A DNA stretch of 64,000 bases from Candidatus Obscuribacterales bacterium. GTDB lineage: Bacteria > Cyanobacteriota > Vampirovibrionia > Obscuribacterales > Obscuribacteraceae. Position 1 is the stretch's first letter, and every line of letters begins with the position of its first letter. The DNA is taken from contig CBDDIJ010000003.1 of the NCBI GenBank assembly GCA_965228855.1, forward strand, positions 3,360,001-3,424,000, written 5' to 3'. The notes under the pieces are model-generated. The model was not told the DNA's origin and made no database searches. It saw nothing but the letters and a program-made list of their open reading frames with translations. Of the stretch, positions 9,950 to 20,223 are shown in pieces. A program made the translations under genes and the position numbers.

Positions 9950-11737
9950 ATGAAAAATCGGTTAACGCGGAAACTCTTACTAATTGTCGCAATCCCGGTA
10001 ACTTTTGAGTTGGCGCTTTTTTCGACCTGCGCCGTAATGCTCAATATCGCTGAAATTGAGAGTGCCAACGAGTCTAGAACAATACGCGTGATGGCGCGGA
10101 TGGCACCGGTTCTGGTATCATCCGTCAGTAGCGTGACCCTGACGGCACGCGCGTTGCTCAGGAAACAGGCTGTTGACCCTGCTCATCGCTCGGCCGAACG
10201 ACTTGCCGTACAGCATGAAATAGACTCGTTTTTGAAAGTCGCCACCGATTCCGAGTTCGCAGAATATCAGCGACAAATTCGTGCGATCTGTGATGCGGCG
10301 GAAAAATTAGGCGACTGCCTGGATCAGGTCACAAGTACGATTACGAATCGAACGGAAAGTGTTCGCGCGCTGTTTGACCTTCGCGACGCCGTATCGACTA
10401 TCGACCAAACGTCTCAGATAATTTTGAATGATCTAAAGAGAAACCGCCGGGAGCTTGCAGAAAGTGATGCAGTCGTGCGACGCGCCTTTCACTTCATACT
10501 CTGGAGCAGTCTGGCAATGAGTTTTTGTGTTGCGATAATCGGCTTAATTGCGTTCGAGAAACTACTGTCAAAACCGTTGAAGGAGTTGATCAAGCTATCG
10601 AACGGACTTGCTGAGGGCATCCCGGTCGATGAGATGGAACCGATGCAACACGCTAATGATGAAATTGGAGACTTAGGTCGCGCCTTTGAATCGATGGCAG
10701 CAGAATTGGAAAAGCGGACAGGCACGGAGCGCGCGATCTTTGAAAACAGCGCTGATATTATTTGCACCATCGACAAAGAAAATCGTATTCAAATAATCAA
10801 CAACGCGGCAAAGACACATCTAGGTTTCGAACCTCGTCGTCTGGTTGATTGCGAGATTAGCGAGCTTCTGCCGGAAAAGCAAAAATCTAACGTTTTAAAT
10901 CGACTGGAAGAGATTCGAGAAAAGGAAACTTATGGCTCATTCGAGTCGACTCTTTTGAAAGAAAATGGTATCGAATTTGATGTCGTCTGGTCCGTGCGCT
11001 GGTCAAGTCAAGACGAGCTGCTTTACTGCTGCTTGTACAACATCGACTTTGAGCGAAAAACCGAACAGTTCGCAAAGAACTTAAGAACAATCGTCGTTAT
11101 CGAATTGACCCAGGCGTTAAAGGAAGCAAGATCCTCGGTCCTCAAACTCAAGAGTAGTGAAACAAAAACGACGCAAAAACTTGATCTTCTAGACAGCAAT
11201 TTCTTGAAGACAGTCAATCTTCTTAAAACACTTGGCGATGCAATTTCACAAGAATCAACCGATATTCCTTTGTCGACAAAACCCACCGAAGTTGCTGATC
11301 TACTAAAGGAAAGTCTGGAGTCGGTTTCTTTTCTGGCAAAACAAAAGTCAGTGAATATAATCGTCACTACCAGGAACGTTGATTCAATCGTAATGGACCC
11401 GGCACAGATTCAGAGGGTTGTAGTCAATCTGCTTTCCAACGCGATCAAAGCGTCTCCACAGGGCGGAGAGATAAAGGTTCTAGCAAGACTAGACGGGCAG
11501 TTTATTCACTTTGAGATCGCCGATCAAGGTCCCGGAATTCCCCTCAACAAACAACATATGCTGTTCGAACGGTTCAATCAGGTAGGAAAGCTACAGTCGG
11601 AAGAAGGCAAAGGTTCCGGTTTAGGTTTATACAGCGCAAGACAAATCGTTGAAGCACATGGTGGCACAATTGGTGTCATCAGCGACGGGCAAAACGGTTG
11701 CACTTTTCGGGTGACACTACCGGCGAGGCAGCAATGA
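9950..11737 (+). CDS. Membrane sensor kinase (TM-HAMP-PAS-DHp-HATPase) lacking the phospho-acceptor His
   Basis: N (NLLSNAIK), G1 (DQGPGI), F (LFERF) and G2 (GSGLGL) boxes intact; H-box position reads VVIELTQAL. Confidence 0.9.
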   Translation: MKNRLTRKLLLIVAIPVTFELALFSTCAVMLNIAEIESANESRTIRVMARMAPVLVSSVSSVTLTARALLRKQAVDPAHRSAERLAVQHEIDSFLKVATDSEFAEYQRQIRAICDAAEKLGDCLDQVTSTITNRTESVRALFDLRDAVSTIDQTSQIILNDLKRNRRELAESDAVVRRAFHFILWSSLAMSFCVAIIGLIAFEKLLSKPLKELIKLSNGLAEGIPVDEMEPMQHANDEIGDLGRAFESMAAELEKRTGTERAIFENSADIICTIDKENRIQIINNAAKTHLGFEPRRLVDCEISELLPEKQKSNVLNRLEEIREKETYGSFESTLLKENGIEFDVVWSVRWSSQDELLYCCLYNIDFERKTEQFAKNLRTIVVIELTQALKEARSSVLKLKSSETKTTQKLDLLDSNFLKTVNLLKTLGDAISQESTDIPLSTKPTEVADLLKESLESVSFLAKQKSVNIIVTTRNVDSIVMDPAQIQRVVVNLLSNAIKASPQGGEIKVLARLDGQFIHFEIADQGPGIPLNKQHMLFERFNQVGKLQSEEGKGSGLGLYSARQIVEAHGGTIGVISDGQNGCTFRVTLPARQQ

Positions 11738-13503
11738 AGTTAACCAATTCGATGTTTGCCAAGGTCGCGCTTATGCTGTGCATGCCTATGCTATTCGAGG
11801 TCAGCGTTATCATGACTTCAATCGGTCTGCTAAACCAGATAGATGCCGCGCGCGTAGAGAAGCGAAAAATTGGAAAAGTAGTTTACACCTACATAGATAC
11901 ATTGGATGCAATGATTAGCGACTACACAAAAGTCGCTGTATCTCTAGAAGGTAAAGAGACCGCATCCAGACAAGGATTAAACGCCCAGTTCACGCGGGCT
12001 CAAACGGGTCTAGATGATCTGTTCAAGGTTTGCTCAGAGAATGGTATTCCATGCAAAGACATCAAACGCAAAGTGATGACAAACCGCCGGCGGTTTGTAG
12101 AAGGCCGAAATGCACCTGATGAAATAAATTCTGCGCAGATTCAAAAGAGGACAGAAGCACGAGAGATCGTCAATGACGTCATCGGAATAGTAGACCAACG
12201 AGTAATGGCTCGAGTCAATTCGCTAAAAGAAGCGGAGGAATCTGAAAAAGCTCTGTTTTTGCGTATGAGCGGTTTGCTGTTTCTTGCATTTGCTGTCAGT
12301 GTGGTGTTGACTGTAAGTCTCTGCCTGCTGATCAGCAAAATGATTACCGTCAGGATTGATCATATACGAAAAAATACCGAGCGCCTCGCCAAAGGCGATC
12401 AATTGCTTCCCCCACTACGGGGTAGCGATGAAATTTCGCAGCTTGACCAGAACTTTCATGACATGAAAGATGCGCTCGTTTCAGCTGATCTGAGAAACCA
12501 GATGATTCTGGACAATTCAATAGACCTCATTTGTGCCGTCGATCGGGACCTTCAATTCGTGAAGGTGAGCAACTCAAGCGAAAACTTCTGGCAGATAAAA
12601 CCTGAGGAATTGCTTGGTCGCGCACTCTCAGAGTTCATAACATCAGATTTGCAGCTGAGCTTTATCAAAAATTTCGACGACGCTCGGGAATCTCTGGAAG
12701 TAAAACATTTTGAGGCAACCACGACAGCAGGTGAAAACTCGTTGCCGTGCCTCTGGTCTATTCAATGGTCAGACAAAGACCAGCTGTTCATATGCATCGC
12801 ACATGATAATACAGAACGGAAATCGGCAGAGGCGCGCAGACAAGATCTGCTTGCGGTAATTTCACACGATCTGCGAAGTCCGCTAACAGCAGCCAGACTT
12901 TCTCTTGAGATGTTAGAGCACGATAAGAGTTTGAAAACTCAATCCGAACACCTTGATTCAGCCAGCTCATCAGTCAACTATGTCATCTCGGTGACGAATG
13001 ATCTCATCGACCTGCTTCGAATACAACAATCTCGTTTAACTTTAGAACTTAAATTGAGTACAATCGCCAAGACAAAGGAACTAATCGAAAACCAGATGGA
13101 TAGCCAGGGAGTGGACATTGATATCAATGTAGAGCTCTCGGACGCAGCTTATTTAATGCTGGATGAAGACCAATTGCCCAGAATGATAGTCACTCTTGCC
13201 AAGCACACGAGGCTGGTCTGCGGAGACGCACCTGTTTCTCTGACAATCACTACGCTACCGGCAATCAGATTGTTGAACGATGAAGATGCAGACGACCGAA
13301 TCATCTTTCGACTGGAGCCGGCGAGTCAAAACAGGAAAGATGCCAACAGACGAGTGCAATCGGCGAAAAGAATCAGCTCAGAGATTTCACTGACGCTTTG
13401 TCACGAAATAGCGGAACGCTTGCAAGGACATATTTATACCAGCTGGACGGCTCAGGGACTGCCTACATATGAACTTCGGTTGCCCGCCATCGCATTGGGT
13501 TAA
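11734..13503 (+). CDS. Membrane sensor kinase (TM-HAMP-PAS-HisKA) with degenerate HATPase domain
   Basis: ATGA overlap with the upstream kinase; H-box ISHDLRSPL intact; no N, G1 or G2 box. Confidence 0.9.
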   Translation: MKLTNSMFAKVALMLCMPMLFEVSVIMTSIGLLNQIDAARVEKRKIGKVVYTYIDTLDAMISDYTKVAVSLEGKETASRQGLNAQFTRAQTGLDDLFKVCSENGIPCKDIKRKVMTNRRRFVEGRNAPDEINSAQIQKRTEAREIVNDVIGIVDQRVMARVNSLKEAEESEKALFLRMSGLLFLAFAVSVVLTVSLCLLISKMITVRIDHIRKNTERLAKGDQLLPPLRGSDEISQLDQNFHDMKDALVSADLRNQMILDNSIDLICAVDRDLQFVKVSNSSENFWQIKPEELLGRALSEFITSDLQLSFIKNFDDARESLEVKHFEATTTAGENSLPCLWSIQWSDKDQLFICIAHDNTERKSAEARRQDLLAVISHDLRSPLTAARLSLEMLEHDKSLKTQSEHLDSASSSVNYVISVTNDLIDLLRIQQSRLTLELKLSTIAKTKELIENQMDSQGVDIDINVELSDAAYLMLDEDQLPRMIVTLAKHTRLVCGDAPVSLTITTLPAIRLLNDEDADDRIIFRLEPASQNRKDANRRVQSAKRISSEISLTLCHEIAERLQGHIYTSWTAQGLPTYELRLPAIALG

Positions 13504-13528
13504 AATATAGACTCGGAGAATTGGACCT

Positions 13529-14203
13529 ATGGCGAAAATCTTAGTTGTCGAAGACGACGAGTCACTCGTACTCGAATTGAAGGAGATTCTCTCTCAAGAG
13601 GGTCATGTCGTTGATGTCGTCAATGATGGGCGCTCGGCGCTGGAGTCTCTGAAGAATTTCACTTACGAATTGCTAATTTTCGATGTCAATATTCCTGAGA
13701 TAAACGGCGTCCAACTTTGTACGCAATTCAGAGCCGCCGGTGGTATCACACCGGTGCTGATGCTCACAGGATTATCCTCGGACGCGGACAAGGAAACAGG
13801 CTTGGACTCAGGCGCCGATGATTATTTGACAAAACCATTCAGCTCCCGCGAGTTGCAAGCACGTATCAGGGCTCTGCTCCGGCGCTCTCCCGTCGCGCCA
13901 TCCAGCGCTCTCAAATATCGCGACCTGGTCGTCGACACGACAACCAAATCTGTTAAACGCGGTGAAAAAGATATCAAACTGTGGCCAAAGGAGTACGATG
14001 TCCTCGTTTATCTCCTGAAGCACATCAATCATGTATTCGATGCAGACGCTCTATTGAATCGAGTCTGGCCCATGGAGGCCGAAACATCTCCTGAAGCGAT
14101 TCGACAATGCGTAAAGCGCCTTCGCGAAAAAATAGATATCGATGGAGAGCCCTCGATTATCTCCACAGTCAAAGGCTTCGGTTACACAATCAAAGATATT
14201 TGA
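13529..14203 (+). CDS. OmpR/PhoB family response regulator
   Basis: ILVVEDD, LIFDVNIP (phospho-Asp), YLTKPF and winged-helix LREKI...ISTVKGFGY. Confidence 0.95.
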   Translation: MAKILVVEDDESLVLELKEILSQEGHVVDVVNDGRSALESLKNFTYELLIFDVNIPEINGVQLCTQFRAAGGITPVLMLTGLSSDADKETGLDSGADDYLTKPFSSRELQARIRALLRRSPVAPSSALKYRDLVVDTTTKSVKRGEKDIKLWPKEYDVLVYLLKHINHVFDADALLNRVWPMEAETSPEAIRQCVKRLREKIDIDGEPSIISTVKGFGYTIKDI

Positions 14204-14245
14204 ATCCGCAGGTTGAACGTTACCAAACAAACTTTGACGTAACTA

Positions 14246-14277
14246 AACTGCCAGCCGACTCACATCGACTGGCAGTT
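14246..14277. terminator. Hairpin between convergent genes
   Basis: AACTGCCAG...CTGGCAGTT inverted repeat. Confidence 0.55.
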
Positions 14278-14313
14278 AGTCTTCGCTGCACTAAAATCTA
14301 TATAGAGGAACAG

Positions 14314-14808
14314 TTACTTCCGTCCTTGACCTTCCGCCTCGACAGAAAGGACACGGCTATTGGTTTCTAAATCGAAAACCGATACGGTATAACTACTCAC
14401 AGGCATGCGCCCTTCTTCCGGTACAACCTTAACGACTCGACCAGAAGGCTCAAGACGCTGGTTAAGCTGCTCCGCTACGCAATCCATGGTGGCACTACCG
14501 GACGAAGAAGCATCGCTGAATAGCTCCTCGAGGCGGGAAGCAGGCTGCGATTTATTATTCAGTTTTCCATCACTCAATTGGTCGGCGAGCTTGTCCAAAC
14601 CGGCAGCAGGTGCAGCGCCGTTACAAATATCCAGTGCTGGAAGAATCCCCTGCAGGTTTTCCGAACCTTGACCGGTTGTTCGTCCCCCTTTAACGAAGTC
14701 CTGACGGATTTCGTCAAACAGTTGTCGACCCAAATTTTGCTCGTTGCTATTAGTAAGTGTTTTGCCATCAGAGCTGGCATCAAACGGTCGTTCAATGAAT
14801 GTAGACAT
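14314..14808 (-). CDS. Hypothetical protein
   Basis: 164-aa ORF after a GAGGAG RBS; no signal peptide. Confidence 0.75.
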   Translation of the reverse strand: MSTFIERPFDASSDGKTLTNSNEQNLGRQLFDEIRQDFVKGGRTTGQGSENLQGILPALDICNGAAPAAGLDKLADQLSDGKLNNKSQPASRLEELFSDASSSGSATMDCVAEQLNQRLEPSGRVVKVVPEEGRMPVSSYTVSVFDLETNSRVLSVEAEGQGRK

Positions 14809-14849
14809 TTTAGAAACTCCTCAGAACATTCGTTCGCTGGACAAGGAGG

Positions 14850-14883
14850 AGCCTAAAATCAACGCGTGACTTTCGTGTGACTC
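14850..14883 (-). promoter_or_regulatory. OmpR/PhoB-type direct-repeat box plus -10 element
   Basis: Minus strand GAGTCAC-ACGA-AAGTCAC, then 10 nt, then TAGGCT; 16/18 identical to the box at 9286. Confidence 0.7.
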
Positions 14884-15159
14884 TAAAGTCATGCTGGCTG
14901 GAGTTCCAGAAGCGATGCGTAAATACGCAGATCTAATGCGCGAACTCTCCTTCAATCTATTCGTTTCTACTAATAAACTGAACACATACAAGAATCTCGA
15001 ACGAGATCAACCCCGACCGCATCCGCCCTCCCTGACTGCTCGAATTGAACGACCATCTGCCGCTGAAGCGGAACTTTATTACCACCACTCGCTCTAACAT
15101 TCGTGACGGGAACTGCTCAATCCGCATTTCCGATTCCCACACGAACGGAAGGACTATAT

Positions 15160-15690
15160 ATGAGAATTGAACATTTTAACCATGCCACCGCCAGTGATGC
15201 TGGCACATCAGGAATCGCACGCAGATTGCTGGACGACTCCTGGACGCCACCATCTGAGAAACAACAAACGAAGCCAATTGAAAAACCGGACGCGCTTAAC
15301 AGTCCTGAGCAGCGCTTCAAAGATATGATAGAAAGCGCCAAAGAAGGCCGAATCGACTCGACAGCAAAATTGATGATGCTCAATGCTCTGGTGGAGGGCA
15401 ACGTACCTGGAATGTATGCGGCAGGAAACAAACTGAATCAAGCGCTTACAGAAGCCGGAGCAGACTACCGCGTCAGACTCGGCATAATGGAAGACGAGTC
15501 AGGCGCAGCGGACATAAGTTTCGCGCTTGTCAAATCGGACGAGAAAGCCGAAACAATTCTCCAGGATCTCGTCGACAAAGGTGACAACAGCCAGTATCGA
15601 GAGCGCGGCATGCACATCAGCATTCCGGCACCTGAGCAAGAAGAGCCTCAAATCATGATGCCGGAGCCGCGTCGCCAGTTCGACATCTAA
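15160..15690 (+). CDS. Hypothetical protein
   Basis: ATG at 15160 after a GAAGGA RBS; 176 aa. Confidence 0.75.
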   Translation: MRIEHFNHATASDAGTSGIARRLLDDSWTPPSEKQQTKPIEKPDALNSPEQRFKDMIESAKEGRIDSTAKLMMLNALVEGNVPGMYAAGNKLNQALTEAGADYRVRLGIMEDESGAADISFALVKSDEKAETILQDLVDKGDNSQYRERGMHISIPAPEQEEPQIMMPEPRRQFDI

Positions 15691-16607
15691 CTTTTGCCGG
15701 CAGCACTCAATTGCTTGAATCTGGCCACATCACGCATAGGTGGATCGCCAAACAAGCGCTTATACTCGCGCGTAAACTGCGAAGCGTCGTCGTATCCGAC
15801 CCGCAGAGCAGCACTGCTTGCATCGACATCTTCAGACAACAGCAAGCGCCGAGCCTCCTGTAAGCGCAGCAATTTTTGAAATTGCAACGGACTCATTGAG
15901 GTGGCTGTTTTAAAATGTTGATGAAAACTGGATACGCTCATTCCCAGGTCACGAGCCAGATCCTCGATGCTAAGCGCTTCATTGAAACGCGTTCGCAGCG
16001 TTTGTACCGCTTTACCGATCCTATTAGTATGTCCATTGTATGCGGCCATTTGCCGCAAACGAGGACCGTGATCGCTCATCAATAACCTGTATATGATTTC
16101 ACGAATCACCAGAGGCGATACCACGCGGTAGTCACTCGGACAATCCAACAATCGAAACAATCTTACAAACGCATCCAGAAGCTCACCTTCCAGACGTCCC
16201 ACATCGATCGATTTCACACAATCATTTTTCCCGGGCGACACACCAGCTTCAACACTCACAGATGCGATAAGAGTAGGCTCCAGATCCATTTTCAAACCGA
16301 GAAACGGCCTGTCCGGACTAGCTTCGACAATGCGAGTTGAAACTGGGACATCAAATGACGTTAGCAAAAATTGCGACGGATCATAACGGAACAGATGCTC
16401 TCCCATCTGCACTTCTTTGGCGCCTTGAGCAATAATGCATATCGACGGAGAATAGACACCATGATGTGGGTGCACCGGCGGCGTCACATGCTTGAAAAAA
16501 TTCAGCCCGTCGGCGACTTCGTTGGTTCCTTCAAGAACTGCGCGCCTGCTGACAATTTCAACAAGTTCAGTTTTATTGTTATCGTCCCGCAACTTTTGAG
16601 TCGTCAT
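15687..16607 (-). CDS. AraC family transcriptional regulator (YqhC-like)
   Basis: CIIAQGAK N-terminal domain; MSPLQFQK and VGYDDASQFTREYKRLFG HTH motifs. Confidence 0.93.
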   Translation of the reverse strand: MTTQKLRDDNNKTELVEIVSRRAVLEGTNEVADGLNFFKHVTPPVHPHHGVYSPSICIIAQGAKEVQMGEHLFRYDPSQFLLTSFDVPVSTRIVEASPDRPFLGLKMDLEPTLIASVSVEAGVSPGKNDCVKSIDVGRLEGELLDAFVRLFRLLDCPSDYRVVSPLVIREIIYRLLMSDHGPRLRQMAAYNGHTNRIGKAVQTLRTRFNEALSIEDLARDLGMSVSSFHQHFKTATSMSPLQFQKLLRLQEARRLLLSEDVDASSAALRVGYDDASQFTREYKRLFGDPPMRDVARFKQLSAAGKS

Positions 16608-16843
16608 AAAATTCAATCCAATTCCGTACCTTCTTAGAGCGTATCGCACGTTTCAGCCACTATCAATCTATTCCAGTCACTTTTGGAGGAATGTCCAATG
16701 ATTCTGGAATTTTGTTATAGCCCAGGGCAACAAACCCAGCATATCATTGAAAGGTCGGTTGCGGCTGTTGCATTTTTAGCCAAGCAACCTATTCAATATA
16801 ATGCGTACCGCATTCATGCGATAAACCAACTTTCCGCGTCTAA

Positions 16844-17919
<1,076 letters not shown>

Positions 17920-17948
17920 TCATCAGAAATAGAATCAGGAGCAAACAA

Positions 17949-19010
17949 ATGTTAAAAACAGGAATCAAAACAAAAGCTTACGCGGCTTTCAGCACCGAAG
18001 GCGATACCAAGCCACTAGAGATTGTGAGACGAGAACCTGGTCCGACCGACGTTCTTATCGATATCAAGTTTTGCGGTATATGCCACTCGGACATTCACAT
18101 GGCAAAAGGCGAGTGGGGACAAACAGTCTACCCCGTCGTTCCCGGTCATGAAATTGCCGGTATCGTGAATAGCGTCGGCGATAAAGTAACGAAATTCAAA
18201 GTCGGCGATCACGTCGGTGTCGGCTGCATGGTCGATTCATGCGGCGAGTGCGATGCCTGCGCCGAGGGTGAGGAGCAGTACTGCAGCAAAATGGTTCTAA
18301 CCTACGGAGTCCTCGAACGTGATGGAAAAACAATGACATACGGCGGATACTCAGAACGAGTTACGGTCGATGAGCGATTCGTAGTCCGCATTCCTGACGA
18401 GCTACCTCTGGACAGAGCTGCGCCATTGCTTTGCGCAGGCATCACAACATACTCGCCGCTTACTCATTGGAACGCGGGACCTGGCAAAAAGGTGGCGGTA
18501 GTAGGAGTCGGCGGTCTGGGTCATATGGGTATCAAGCTCGCGGCGGCTCTCGGCGCGGATGTGACTTCCATCAGTCGCTCAGACAGCAAGAAAGCCGATG
18601 CACAAAAGATGGGAGCGACAAACCACATCGCCACATCAGACAAAGCAGCGTGTGAAGCCGCGGCAGAACAATTCGATCTGATCATCAATACCGTTTCGTC
18701 AGCTGCGGATATGAATCTCTATCTCGGCATGTTGAAGCGCGATGGTGTAATGGTGCTTGTAGGTGCTCCCCCGGACACCCTGCCCGTCCATCCATTCGCG
18801 TTGATACCGAGACGTAAATCGCTTGCCGGCTCCACCATCGGTGGCATTCGCGAAACTCAAGAGATGCTCGACTTCTGTGCCAAACATAACATTGGTTCAG
18901 ACATCGAACTCATCACCATCGACCAGGTCAATAAAGCCTACGAACGCATCGAGAAAAGCGATGTTCGTTATCGCTTCGTGATCGACATGTCGTCTCTTAG
19001 CGGCAAGTAG
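17949..19010 (+). CDS. Zn-dependent NAD(P) alcohol dehydrogenase (cinnamyl ADH/YahK-like)
   Basis: CGICHSD, GHEIAG, four-Cys structural Zn, GVGGLGH and YRFVID motifs. Confidence 0.95.
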   Translation: MLKTGIKTKAYAAFSTEGDTKPLEIVRREPGPTDVLIDIKFCGICHSDIHMAKGEWGQTVYPVVPGHEIAGIVNSVGDKVTKFKVGDHVGVGCMVDSCGECDACAEGEEQYCSKMVLTYGVLERDGKTMTYGGYSERVTVDERFVVRIPDELPLDRAAPLLCAGITTYSPLTHWNAGPGKKVAVVGVGGLGHMGIKLAAALGADVTSISRSDSKKADAQKMGATNHIATSDKAACEAAAEQFDLIINTVSSAADMNLYLGMLKRDGVMVLVGAPPDTLPVHPFALIPRRKSLAGSTIGGIRETQEMLDFCAKHNIGSDIELITIDQVNKAYERIEKSDVRYRFVIDMSSLSGK

Positions 19011-19081
19011 TTCGTAAACGTTCATCGAACGATAAAAACGCAGATCTAGTTCATCACTGACAAACCAGGAGAAGCGACAGT

Positions 19082-20152
19082 CTATCGTATTGCAGCTCTG
19101 ATCCCGTACTGGGCAGCCCGCATCAATAACGATTTGCCCTGTCGCTTCACTTGTGTTTTAACAGGATGAGCAGCCGGATCATTGCCAATAGCTTTGCCCT
19201 CTCCTCGTTGTTTCGTTGTCTGACCGTTACTGGCGACAAGTTCTTCCTCATTCTTGTCATACATCGGCCGGCCATAATCGCTATAGGCTTTCACATCGAA
19301 GTCTTTGTATTGAACAAACGGACGAGAAGCCATTCTCTGATGCATAATCACATCACATGTTTTCACCGCATGTGGTGGCAGGTCCATTTTGACAGGATCG
19401 AAAGTTCTCGGATTGATGACTGTTCTGTTAAACACATCGGACGTCAGAAAGCGTTTCTTCTTTTCATACGCAACATCAAAATGCTGCATTTCGCTGCGTT
19501 TACGCTCCGCCGCCGTATGCTGGCTCAGATGCTGCTTCTGCATCTCACTGAACTTCGCGTTTTTCTCGTCGCGGCTCAGAGCCGGATCGACCCAGACAGC
19601 ATTGAGAGTCTTGGCGAATTCCAGTTCGCTAGCCAGATCCTTAGAATTCCAATAGCCCGGCAGACAGGTCAAGACTGTACCGTCCGACGCCATAACGAAC
19701 ATTTGAATATTATGCGGACCGGCTCCGTTTGTCGTGTCGACGGCCTGTCCATTGGGACTGTGTTTACGCGAACTTCCGGCATATCCCTTGTTCTCGATAT
19801 CCTTATAGCCGCATACAAATTCGTTCTTAAGCAGACTAAAAACTGGATCTTGCGAGAGCGACACGGCTCTCAAGCTGTTCCCGGCGCTTCAAGTAAAACC
19901 ATCGAGCTTTCCGACCATATGCACCCAGAGTATCAGCTTGTCTTGCGCCGCCGCCTCTTCTTGCAATTTATCAAGGTCTCGGCTCCAGGTGATCTCATTT
20001 GTCAGTCGTCCAACATTCTCCGAACAGATTTGTCCGGAATAGACCGGTGACGCCTGTAATGGCGAATTCATACCGGATGAAACGATACCAGTCGCTAAAG
20101 AAACAGCCAGAAGAGCCGAAAGCAACGGACGAGCGGCAAGTGGATTTCGCAT
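19082..20152 (-). CDS. Candidate exported thioredoxin-fold selenoprotein (SelN-like), in-frame TGA at 19889-19891
   Basis: ORFs 19889..20179 and 19082..19873 share a frame; readthrough gives GKLDGFT-U-SAGNSLRAVSL. Signal peptide present and a SECIS-like hairpin lies downstream of the TGA. Confidence 0.72.
19849..19874 (-). promoter_or_regulatory. Putative bacterial SECIS hairpin
   Basis: CUUGAGAGC-CGUGUC-GCUCUCGCAAG; the apical loop starts at nucleotide +24 after the UGA and has GU at loop positions 2-3. Confidence 0.62.
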
Positions 20153-20223
20153 GTTCCATCTCCGAGAGCTAACATGCATTGTACACCGAGATGCTTCGGA
20201 CTGCTGACGCTATTCCAGCCACC

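Noticed and set aside
9950..13503. The two kinases as simple pseudogenes
   Set aside because: No frameshifts or internal stops, and the motif losses are complementary rather than random.
19889..19891. Global UGA-to-Trp/Gly recoding as the explanation for the in-frame TGA
   Set aside because: Many recognisable genes here end properly at TGA (e.g. 14203, 17896).
19151..20050. 299-aa + strand ORF
   Set aside because: Antisense to the selenoprotein candidate, with non-protein-like composition.
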